Source of the DNA: Gemmatimonadales bacterium
GTDB taxonomy: Bacteria > Gemmatimonadota > Gemmatimonadetes > Gemmatimonadales > GWC2-71-9
Assembly (NCBI GenBank): GCA_041580775.1
Contig: JBFGDF010000001.1
Location: 22,219 to 86,218 of the forward strand
DNA length: 64,000 nucleotides
Direction of reading: 5' to 3'
This document shows positions 12,429 to 19,437 of this stretch, piece after piece. The position numbers and the translations under genes were made by a program. Position 1 is the first letter of the stretch, and each line of letters starts with the position of its first letter. The notes under the pieces are model-generated. The model ran no database searches, had not been told where the DNA came from, and saw only the letters and a list, made by a program, of their open reading frames with translations.

Positions 12429-15053
12429 TCAGCGCCACTCCGCGAGCCAGATATCTCCGCCCTCGGGCGCCCAGCGGTCGAACAGGATCCAGCGCCCATC
12501 GGGTGACCAGACGGGGTAGTCGATGCGCACCTCCGGATCGTCGAAGCTGAAGACGGGATAGGGTGCGCCGCCGTCGAGCGGCGAGATCCAGATCCGCTGG
12601 TGGCCCAAGACGTCGGCGATGTGCGTGCCCGACGGGTTGAACGACATATGCCCCCCACCCTCGACCGTCGTGGGCTCGACGATCCCGTCGGCCACCCCCA
12701 CACGCATCGGGGCCGGTCCATCCGGTCCCGCCGGCCGGAAGTAGATCGTGCGCCCGTCCGCCGCCCACGGGACGAAGTGGCTCGGGCCCACCCCCGCAGT
12801 CGTTAGCGCGCGCTGCTCGGCCCCGTCCGCCCGCATGACCCACAGTTCCATGCGCCCCTGCCGATCCGACTGGAACGCAATGCGCTGGCCATCGGGCGAG
12901 AACGACGGATTGATGTCGAGCCACGGGCTGGTGGTGAGCTGCGTCAACTGGCCCGTCGCGACGTCGGCGAGCCAGATGTCGCTGTTCCCGCTCCGCGCGG
13001 AAAAGAAGACCACGCGCGTCCCGTCGGGGGACCAGCGCGGCTGATAGTCGCCGCCGGGGCCGCGCGTGAGCTGCCGATCGACGTGGCCCGCCACGTCGTG
13101 AATCCAGATGTTCATGTCCCCGGAGCGGTCGGAGTTGAAGGCGATGGACCGCCCGTCGGGCGACCACGAGCCGCGACTGTCCTCCCGGGTCGTCACCACC
13201 ACCGGCTCGGGATTCCCGCGGGGGCGTCCCGTGACCGGATCGACCGGCAGCCGCCACAGGTCGGCGTTGATTCTGAGCACCGTGAACGCGAGGCGGCCAC
13301 CCGCCGGCGACGCGGCGAGTTGCACGTCCTGACCGGCGCCGGTCGTGATCTGCACGGGGAGTCCGGCGGGTTCCCCGCGCGCGCCCACCGGCAGCCGCCA
13401 CACGTTGAGGCCGCCGCTCCGATACGAGGAGAAGTCGATGGCGGTGCCGTCGGCGGTCCAGACGGGGTTCACGTCGAGGAACGGATCGTCGGTGACCCGG
13501 CGCGTTTCCCCGCCGACGGCGTCGACGACGCCGATGTCGAACTTCGTCCGTTCGATGTGCTGATACGCCAGCAGTCGCCCGCCAGGCGACCAGCTCGGGT
13601 CGACGTGGGTCACCGCCTCGGAGCTGTCCGTCGTCACCTGCCGCGCGTTGCGTCCCCGCGCGTCCGCCACCCAGATGCGCCGCGTGCCCGCGAACGACGC
13701 GTCGAAGGCGATCCGGCCGTCGGCCGCGACGGCCGGATTGTACGCGTCCGTGATCAACCGCTCCTCGGTGCGGGCCGTGAGTGCCAGCCGCCAGATGTCC
13801 CCACCGCTGAAGACGGCGAACACGTCGCCCGGCTCGAGGCGGGTTCTCGCGCGCTGCGCCCGGACGAACAGGATCGCCTGCCCGTCGGGCGTCCACGCGG
13901 GCTGGATATGGTCGAACTCCCCGCGCGTGAGCGGCTCCTCTCGTCCGTCCGCGAGGCTCGTCAGCACGAGTTGGCGGAGCCCGTTCACGTCCCGGCTGAA
14001 CACCAATCGCTCACCATCGGGCGCGAGACTGGGATACTCCTCCACTTCCGGGGAGAACGTGACCTGGCGCAGGGTGGTCACCATGGTCCCGCCCGAACTC
14101 GGACCACCGGCGCGCCCGAGCAGCACGACGGCGACCGCGACCGCGACCGCGAGGACGACGGCCGCGCCGACCCAGCGGACCCGCGATCCCGCAAGCCGGT
14201 CCTGCCGGGGCGCGGCGGGCATCCCCGGCTCGATCGCCCGGATCAGCTCCACCGCCGTGGTGTACCGATCGGCCGGGTTCTTGGCCAGCAGGCGATCGAG
14301 CGCTCCCGCGATCTCGCGCGGCACCCGGGGCCGGAGCTGCGTCACGTCGCGCGGCGTCGCCGAGAGATGTTGATGGACGAGACTCTCGACCGTGGGCCCG
14401 CTGAACGGCGGCTCTCCGGTCAGCATCTCGTAGAGCAGGCAGCCGAGCGCGTACAGATCGCTGCGGCCGTCGAGATCCTGGCCGCCGGCGGCCTGCTCGG
14501 GGCTCATGTAGAGCGGAGTGCCCAGCGCGAGTCCGGTCTGCGTGAGGGTCTCGCCCCCGGCCGCACTGACGGCCTTCGCAATGCCGAAGTCGGCGACCAC
14601 CGCGTGCCCGCTCTCCAGCAGGACGTTCTCGGGCTTGATGTCACGGTGGATCACACCCCGCGAGTGGGCGTAACCGAGTGCGTCCGCGACCTCGCGCGTG
14701 ATCTGAACGGCCTCCGCGACGGGCAGCTGCTTCTCCCGATCGAGGCGGTCGCGCAACGTCTCGCCTTCGGCGTAGGGCATGACGTAGAAGAGGAACTCGC
14801 CGGCCTGCCCGCTGTCGTACAGCGGCAGGATGTGTGGATGCCGGAGGTTGGCCGTGGTCTCGATCTCGCGGAGGAACCGCTCGGGACCGAGGGCATGGGT
14901 CAACTCGGGACGCAGCACTTTGAGTGCGACGCGCCGCTTGTGCCGCAGGTCCTCGGCCAGATAGACCGTCGCCATGCCCCCGGCGCCGAGCCCGCGCTCG
15001 ATGCGGTAGCGGTCGGCGAGGGCGGAGGCGAGCGGCGCGGGTACGTCGGTCAT
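12429..15053 (-). CDS. Hanks-type Ser/Thr protein kinase with TM segment and C-terminal TolB-like (PD40) beta-propeller repeats
   Basis: GAGGMATVYLAED, VALKVL, HRDIKPEN, DFGIA and SPEQ. TM segment VGAAVVLAVAVAVAVVLL. Many SPDG/WSPDG repeat units follow. I prefer ATG 15053 (MTDVPAPL) over GTG 15059. Confidence 0.85.
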   Translation of the reverse strand: MTDVPAPLASALADRYRIERGLGAGGMATVYLAEDLRHKRRVALKVLRPELTHALGPERFLREIETTANLRHPHILPLYDSGQAGEFLFYVMPYAEGETLRDRLDREKQLPVAEAVQITREVADALGYAHSRGVIHRDIKPENVLLESGHAVVADFGIAKAVSAAGGETLTQTGLALGTPLYMSPEQAAGGQDLDGRSDLYALGCLLYEMLTGEPPFSGPTVESLVHQHLSATPRDVTQLRPRVPREIAGALDRLLAKNPADRYTTAVELIRAIEPGMPAAPRQDRLAGSRVRWVGAAVVLAVAVAVAVVLLGRAGGPSSGGTMVTTLRQVTFSPEVEEYPSLAPDGERLVFSRDVNGLRQLVLTSLADGREEPLTRGEFDHIQPAWTPDGQAILFVRAQRARTRLEPGDVFAVFSGGDIWRLALTARTEERLITDAYNPAVAADGRIAFDASFAGTRRIWVADARGRNARQVTTDSSEAVTHVDPSWSPGGRLLAYQHIERTKFDIGVVDAVGGETRRVTDDPFLDVNPVWTADGTAIDFSSYRSGGLNVWRLPVGARGEPAGLPVQITTGAGQDVQLAASPAGGRLAFTVLRINADLWRLPVDPVTGRPRGNPEPVVVTTREDSRGSWSPDGRSIAFNSDRSGDMNIWIHDVAGHVDRQLTRGPGGDYQPRWSPDGTRVVFFSARSGNSDIWLADVATGQLTQLTTSPWLDINPSFSPDGQRIAFQSDRQGRMELWVMRADGAEQRALTTAGVGPSHFVPWAADGRTIYFRPAGPDGPAPMRVGVADGIVEPTTVEGGGHMSFNPSGTHIADVLGHQRIWISPLDGGAPYPVFSFDDPEVRIDYPVWSPDGRWILFDRWAPEGGDIWLAEWR

Positions 15054-15061
15054 GGGCACCT

Positions 15062-15067
15062 AAGATA
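15062..15067 (-). promoter_or_regulatory. -10-like TATCTT box 8 nt upstream of the kinase ATG (leaderless-type promoter)
   Basis: The minus strand reads TATCTT-aggtgccc-ATG, with no Shine-Dalgarno in between. Same geometry as at 17833 and 22102. Confidence 0.4.
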
Positions 15068-15162
15068 GGCAGGCCCGCACCGGGCGGCGAGCCGCTGCGA
15101 CGGGCTTGCTCCGCCACCCGGTGATTTCCTACCTTGGGGCGTCCGCCTCTCCGAGGACCGGC

Positions 15163-16200
15163 GTGCGCATCTCGATCGTCTTCGACACCCCGTGGACCGA
15201 CTGGACGCCGGACGATCATCGTCGCCAGATGGAGCGGGAGCTCGCGGGCAAGGAAGCCCACGAGCCCGAGATGGAGTACCAGGTGGCGGGCGCCCTCCTC
15301 GAGAACGGGCACGAGGTCCAGTTGGTGGGCATTCACGCCGACCCGCGCGTCCTGCCGGATCACTGTGACGCGTGGAAGCCGGACGTGGTGGTCAACTGCG
15401 CCGAGTCGTTTCTCGGCGACGGTGCGCTGGATCACGTGTGCGCCACGCTGCTGGAAGTGGGCAAGTACCGCTACACCGGCTCGTCGCCGCTGGCCCTGCA
15501 AGTGACCCGGGACAAGGCGATGAGCAAGAAGATCCTCGCCTACCACGGCATCAAGGTCCCGGCCTTCGTGATGTATCGGACGCGTGAGCGCGTCACCGAG
15601 CCGCCACCCCTCGCGTTCCCATTGTTCGTGAAGCCGCTCGCGTCCGACGCCTCGGCGGGTATCGCGCAAGCGTCAGTGGTGAACGACGTGCCGGCGCTGG
15701 CGGAACGGGTGGCCTTCGTGCACGAGCGCTTCCGCCAGCCGGCAATCGCCGAGCAGTTCATCCAGGGCCGCGAGCTGTATGCGGGCATTCTCGGCAACGA
15801 CGAACGGCTCGCGGTGCTGCCGCTGACGGAGCTGGTGTTCGACAAGGAGAAGAACGAGCCGGAGGAGCGGATCGCGACACAGGCCGCCAAGTGGACCGAG
15901 TCGTACCGCAAGCGGCGGGGCATCCGCACGGTGCTCGCGCGGCCCGTGTCGGCGGTCGCCCGGGAGCGGATCGAGGCGACCTGCCGTGCGGCGGGGCACG
16001 CGCTCTGGCTCCGGGACTACGCGCGGATCGACATCCGGCTCACCGACGACGACGAGGTGTGGGTGCTCGAGGCGAACGCGAACCCGTTCATCAGCAAGGG
16101 CCACGAGATGGCCAACGCGGCGGCCAAAGCGGGGCTTCCCTACCCGCGATTCGTCGAGCGGATCGTCGAGGAGGCCGTCGCCCGGCACGAGCGGGCGTAG
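15163..16200 (+). CDS. ATP-grasp enzyme, D-alanine--D-alanine ligase family
   Basis: VRISIVFD... N-terminal Rossmann-like part, then RDKAMSKKILAYHGIKVP, PLFVKPLASDASAGI and EANANPF. GAGGA lies 5 nt upstream of GTG 15163. Confidence 0.7.
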   Translation: MRISIVFDTPWTDWTPDDHRRQMERELAGKEAHEPEMEYQVAGALLENGHEVQLVGIHADPRVLPDHCDAWKPDVVVNCAESFLGDGALDHVCATLLEVGKYRYTGSSPLALQVTRDKAMSKKILAYHGIKVPAFVMYRTRERVTEPPPLAFPLFVKPLASDASAGIAQASVVNDVPALAERVAFVHERFRQPAIAEQFIQGRELYAGILGNDERLAVLPLTELVFDKEKNEPEERIATQAAKWTESYRKRRGIRTVLARPVSAVARERIEATCRAAGHALWLRDYARIDIRLTDDDEVWVLEANANPFISKGHEMANAAAKAGLPYPRFVERIVEEAVARHERA

Positions 16201-16213
16201 GGCGGCGAACCGC

Positions 16214-17824
16214 CTATCCCCGGAGCAGCCCCGGTGGCGCCGCATGGGGCAGCGCCGGCCGCGCGGAGGCCACCAGCTCACGGGCGACGATCGCCAGCCG
16301 ATCGATGAGCCGCTCCAACTCCGCGATGCGGCGCTTGGTGGCGTAGTGATACGAGGTCCGCGCCACAGCGAACGTGACGCCCAGCCAGAGCGGGAGAATC
16401 ACCGGGATGGCCACCTCGGCCACACCCAGCGCACCGACGAGGATGCCGATGATCGGGCCCGCGCCGCCGCCACCCATCCCCCCCCCGATCCCCCCATAGA
16501 TGCCGCCGATCAGGTTGCCGAGGTTCTCCTGCACGGCGATACGCGTGCGTCCGCCGCGCACCGACACGATCACTTCCAGCGTGCGCCCACCGCCGCTCCG
16601 GGGCGTCGCGGTCCAGGTGAACGACCGGCCGAGCTGGCTCACCTGCCCCACGTTGCGGAGCTCGCGCCGGATCTCGTCCACCAGCACGGGGAAGTCCAGC
16701 TCCTCGACCTCGCCGTCCACGATGCGTTCGTACGCGAGCCGGGTGGGGCCGCCGAGCCAGCGGTTCCGCCGCGGCGGGTCCGGGGGCGGCGCCGGGGACG
16801 TGTGACGCGCGTCCATGGATTGCGCCGCCGAGTGGACGAGGTCCACGGGAATCCCCACTTCCGCCGCGAGCGCCTCGACCCCGCCGATCGTGAGCGCGCC
16901 GCTGGCGGTGGGGTTCGTGGCCTCGAGCTCGGCCGCGCGTCGCACGATCTCCCGTACCTCCTGCTCGGCGAACCGGCGGCGCGGGGTGGCGACACCCCGC
17001 AACTCATCGAGCAGGGCCCCCGGCGTGGGGGTGCGCTGGTCGTGGCGGATCGCGAGGCCGCGCACCAGTGCCCCCTCGATGGTCGGGCCGGCCTGCGCGA
17101 GCCGCGCGCGGTGGGCAGGCGTCGCCTCCAGAAGGCGGCCGACCCGCACCGCCTCCTCAGTGGGCCAGCGTCCGGGCGCTTCCCCTACGAGCATCTCGTA
17201 GACCAGAACCGCCAGGCTGTAGACGTCCGTTCGCTCATCGAGATCCATGAGGCCCGCCGCCTGCTCGGGGCTCATGTAGCCCGGCGTGCCCAACGGGAAT
17301 CCCGTGCGGGTGAGGTTGGCCCCACCGGCCGTGCTGATGGCCTTGGCAATGCCGAAGTCCGCCACCACGGGATGCCCCTGCGAGAAGAGGATGTTCTCGG
17401 GCTTGATGTCGCGATGGAAGAAGCCCATGCGGTGGGCGTAGGTCAGCGCGTCGGCCACCGGCCCGGCCACCGCCAGCGCCTCGTCGGGCTCCAGCCGGCG
17501 CCCACCCTCGAGCCGCTGGCGCAACGAGCCGCCCTCGATGAACGGCATCACGTAGTAGAGGAAGCCGCGCGCCTCACCCGAGACGTACAGCGCGAGGATG
17601 TGCGGGTGGTTGAGCCGGGCCGCGATCTGGATCTCTTTGAGGAACCGCTCGGCGCCGAGCGAGGCGGCCAGGTCGGGCCGGAGCACCTTCATCGCCACCT
17701 CGCGCTGATGCTTGGCATCCCACGCGAGGTAGACTGTCGCCATGCCGCCGCGACCGAGCACCCGCTTCAGGGTGTCGCGATCGGCGACGGCGGCAACGAG
17801 GTCGGGCGGAAGGTCGGACGCCAT
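16214..17824 (-). CDS. Hanks-type Ser/Thr protein kinase with a C-terminal Gly-rich membrane segment
   Basis: GRGGMATVYLAWD, VAMKVL, HRDIKPEN, DFGIA and SPEQ. C-terminal GGIYGGIGGGMGGGGAGPIIGILVGALGVAEVAIPVILPLWL. Real start is ATG 17824 (MASDLPP). Confidence 0.85.
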   Translation of the reverse strand: MASDLPPDLVAAVADRDTLKRVLGRGGMATVYLAWDAKHQREVAMKVLRPDLAASLGAERFLKEIQIAARLNHPHILALYVSGEARGFLYYVMPFIEGGSLRQRLEGGRRLEPDEALAVAGPVADALTYAHRMGFFHRDIKPENILFSQGHPVVADFGIAKAISTAGGANLTRTGFPLGTPGYMSPEQAAGLMDLDERTDVYSLAVLVYEMLVGEAPGRWPTEEAVRVGRLLEATPAHRARLAQAGPTIEGALVRGLAIRHDQRTPTPGALLDELRGVATPRRRFAEQEVREIVRRAAELEATNPTASGALTIGGVEALAAEVGIPVDLVHSAAQSMDARHTSPAPPPDPPRRNRWLGGPTRLAYERIVDGEVEELDFPVLVDEIRRELRNVGQVSQLGRSFTWTATPRSGGGRTLEVIVSVRGGRTRIAVQENLGNLIGGIYGGIGGGMGGGGAGPIIGILVGALGVAEVAIPVILPLWLGVTFAVARTSYHYATKRRIAELERLIDRLAIVARELVASARPALPHAAPPGLLRG

Positions 17825-17861
17825 GGGGCGGGAATATAGGGCGGAACGACGGAACGACGGA
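17825..17861 (-). promoter_or_regulatory. Leaderless-type promoter: TCCGTC (17861-17856) - 17 nt - TATATT (17838-17833) - 8 nt - ATG
   Basis: The minus strand reads TCCGTC-N17-CCCTATATTCCCGCCCC-ATG. The same architecture, with a 16/18-identical core block, recurs at 22094-22130. Confidence 0.5.
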
Positions 17862-17874
17862 ATGGCGGAACGGA
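17843..17874. repeat. Four tandem 8-mers GGAACGAC GGAACGAC GGAATGGC GGAACGGA
   Basis: Read directly from the sequence. Forms a TTCCG-periodic C/T-rich tract on the minus (coding) strand upstream of the kinase -10 box. Confidence 0.9.
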
Positions 17875-17876
17875 AA

Positions 17877-17908
17877 GGTTGGGCGGTTGGGCGGTTGGGC
17901 GGTTGGGC
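17877..17908. repeat. Four perfect tandem copies of GGTTGGGC (G-arm)
   Basis: Read directly from the sequence. Fits the G3-N5-G3-N5-G3-N5-G3 quadruplex pattern and is nearly complementary to the array at 17923-17957. Confidence 0.95.
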
Positions 17909-17922
17909 GGTGCGCTGATTCT

Positions 17923-17957
17923 CCACCCGCCCATCCGCCCATCCGCCCATCCGCCCG
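17923..17957. repeat. CCACCCGC followed by three perfect CCATCCGC copies (C-arm), abutting the stop codon at 17958
   Basis: Read directly from the sequence. The reverse complement GCGGATGG differs from GGTTGGGC-type pairing by one position per unit. Confidence 0.95.
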
Positions 17958-18947
17958 TTAGAACCGCCCTTCCCGCACCTGGCCCTTCCCGAGCCCGCGG
18001 CGGAGGTCGATCACCGTCTGAGGCGTGAGGCTCTCGTTCTCCGGCAGCGGGACGTCGCCCTTCGCCTTCCCCATGGCCACGACGCTCTTCAGGCGCTGGA
18101 GCACGCCCGCGCCCTCGACGGCGGTTTCCCCCTCAGCGTAGTACTCGAACCAGGGGATGTCGGCCCGTGCGTAGTCGCGCGCGGTGAGGGGCGCGGTAGG
18201 GGGCTCCTCTCCGGTGATCGCGCGCCACACCAGCGAGTTGGCCAGGTGGACGAAGCAGCGGTGCCCGTGGTCGAGGTCCCAGACGTCGAGCGGCCGATGA
18301 TCGCGATAGATCTCCTGCCGCATCCGTCCTCCGGGCGCAAGCCCCATGTCGAAGGACTTCGCGAACAGAGCACGGCCCAGCGAGGCACCGGTGACGGACG
18401 CCCCCTCGATCGGCGGCCGGTAATGCTGCCGCTTGATGGGGTACACGTGGAGCTGGAGCCCGCCGTGCTCGGCGGCGCCGGTGATCTGCTCTTCCGCGGA
18501 GTAGCCGGCACCGAGCGGCATGGCCACGAACTGCCGGATTATGCCCTTCTCCACGCAGAAGCCGTCCAGCCAAGGCTGCCCGGGTGTCACCGCGTAGTCC
18601 TGCGGCCCCCGGTGCAGGCCCGGTCGGTAGGCTTCCCCGGTGACGGCGTTGATCTTGCCAGCGGCGATCTTCACGGCGCACGGGTACCCGCCATGGAAGT
18701 TGATCCACAGGGCTTCCGACTGGTACATCGGCAGCAGCACGCCGCCGTGCTCGAGCCAGCGCGCCGGCACCCGCTCGGCGAAATCGTCCACGTGACGGAG
18801 TGGGAATCGGCCCAGGCCCGCCGGCAGCGGGTACTCGCGATCGTCGTCGGGGATGCGCAGCGTGCGCTGGAACTCGATGCGCAGCTCGGCGTCCGCGTGG
18901 ACGTCCGGGAACCGGACGAGCAATTGGTCCTTCTGCAGTTCGATCAT
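17958..18947 (-). CDS. Hypothetical cytoplasmic protein, 329 aa, family not recognised
   Basis: Clean 329-aa ORF with no TM segment or signal peptide. Distinctive blocks are RTLRIPDDDREYPLPAGLGRFPL, MYQSEALWINF, KIAAGKINAVTGE and GIIRQFVAMPLGAGYSAEEQITG. Lies 15 nt downstream of the XRE gene. Confidence 0.7.
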   Translation of the reverse strand: MIELQKDQLLVRFPDVHADAELRIEFQRTLRIPDDDREYPLPAGLGRFPLRHVDDFAERVPARWLEHGGVLLPMYQSEALWINFHGGYPCAVKIAAGKINAVTGEAYRPGLHRGPQDYAVTPGQPWLDGFCVEKGIIRQFVAMPLGAGYSAEEQITGAAEHGGLQLHVYPIKRQHYRPPIEGASVTGASLGRALFAKSFDMGLAPGGRMRQEIYRDHRPLDVWDLDHGHRCFVHLANSLVWRAITGEEPPTAPLTARDYARADIPWFEYYAEGETAVEGAGVLQRLKSVVAMGKAKGDVPLPENESLTPQTVIDLRRGLGKGQVREGRF

Positions 18948-18962
18948 GGGCGCCTCCTCGGC

Positions 18963-19319
18963 TTACCACTTGCCGTCGCGCACGTCGCGCACCAAGCGCA
19001 GGACGGCGCGGTCGGGCATGTCCTTGAGCTCCCGGATCAGCGTGGCGAACAGCTCGGGCCGCTTGCGGATGGCCGCCTGCAGATCCGAGGAGACCTTGCC
19101 CGCAAGGGCGAGGAGCACGTCGGGATCCTCGCCGAGCTCGCCGGCCAAGGCCACGATCTTGGCCTCCGAGGGCGGCGGCGTCTCGTCCCGTTCGACCTTG
19201 CTCAGGAACGAGGGCTCGACGCCGATCCGCTGGGCGACCTGCCGGAGGGAGTAGCGGTCGTTGTGCGCGCGCAGTGCCTCGCGGCGGGTCCGGACGTAGT
19301 CACCAAAGCCGGTGGTCAC
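18963..19319 (-). CDS. XRE-family helix-turn-helix transcriptional regulator
   Basis: 118 aa with a GTG start. HTH region YSLRQVAQRIGVEPSFLSKVERDE. Confidence 0.75.
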   Translation of the reverse strand: MTTGFGDYVRTRREALRAHNDRYSLRQVAQRIGVEPSFLSKVERDETPPPSEAKIVALAGELGEDPDVLLALAGKVSSDLQAAIRKRPELFATLIRELKDMPDRAVLRLVRDVRDGKW

Positions 19320-19325
19320 ATGTGT

Positions 19326-19354
19326 AGTATGTACTACTTAGTACACGCTGTCAA
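19326..19354 (-). promoter_or_regulatory. Promoter with embedded palindromic operator for the XRE operon
   Basis: The minus strand reads TTGACA (19354-19349), a 17-nt spacer, CATACT (19331-19326), then GTG about 7 nt downstream. The spacer contains the perfect palindrome GTACTA-AG-TAGTAC (19331-19344). AT-rich island in GC-rich DNA. Confidence 0.55.
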
Positions 19355-19437
19355 GGGTTGGGGGGCGGACGGGCGGATGGCAGTCCCGTGCGTCGGTGTC
19401 GCTCTACCACCCTCCGCTCACCCGCTCACCCGCCCTT
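19355..19437. repeat. G-arm / loop / C-arm repeat hairpin element abutting the stop codon at 19438
   Basis: G-arm GGGTTGGGGGGCGGACGGGCGGATGG (19355-19380). C-arm CCACCCTCCGCTCACCCGCTCACCCGCCC (19407-19435), which contains two tandem CTCACCCG copies. Same layout and shared GGTTGGG / CCATCCGCCC cores as 17877-17957. Confidence 0.7.

Noticed and set aside
12229-13896. Upstream 555 aa of the 916-aa ORF 11146-13896.
   Set aside because: This part is antisense to the kinase beta-propeller region and has no domain features. The Rieske protein begins naturally at ATG 12228.
13083-15068. 661-aa plus-strand ORF.
   Set aside because: It is antisense to the kinase gene 12429-15053, which has all the Hanks motifs.
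17843-17957. Whether the tandem repeats could be a CRISPR array.
   Set aside because: The units are only 8 bp, contiguous with no spacers, and no cas genes are nearby. They are treated as a repeat-hairpin/G4 element instead.
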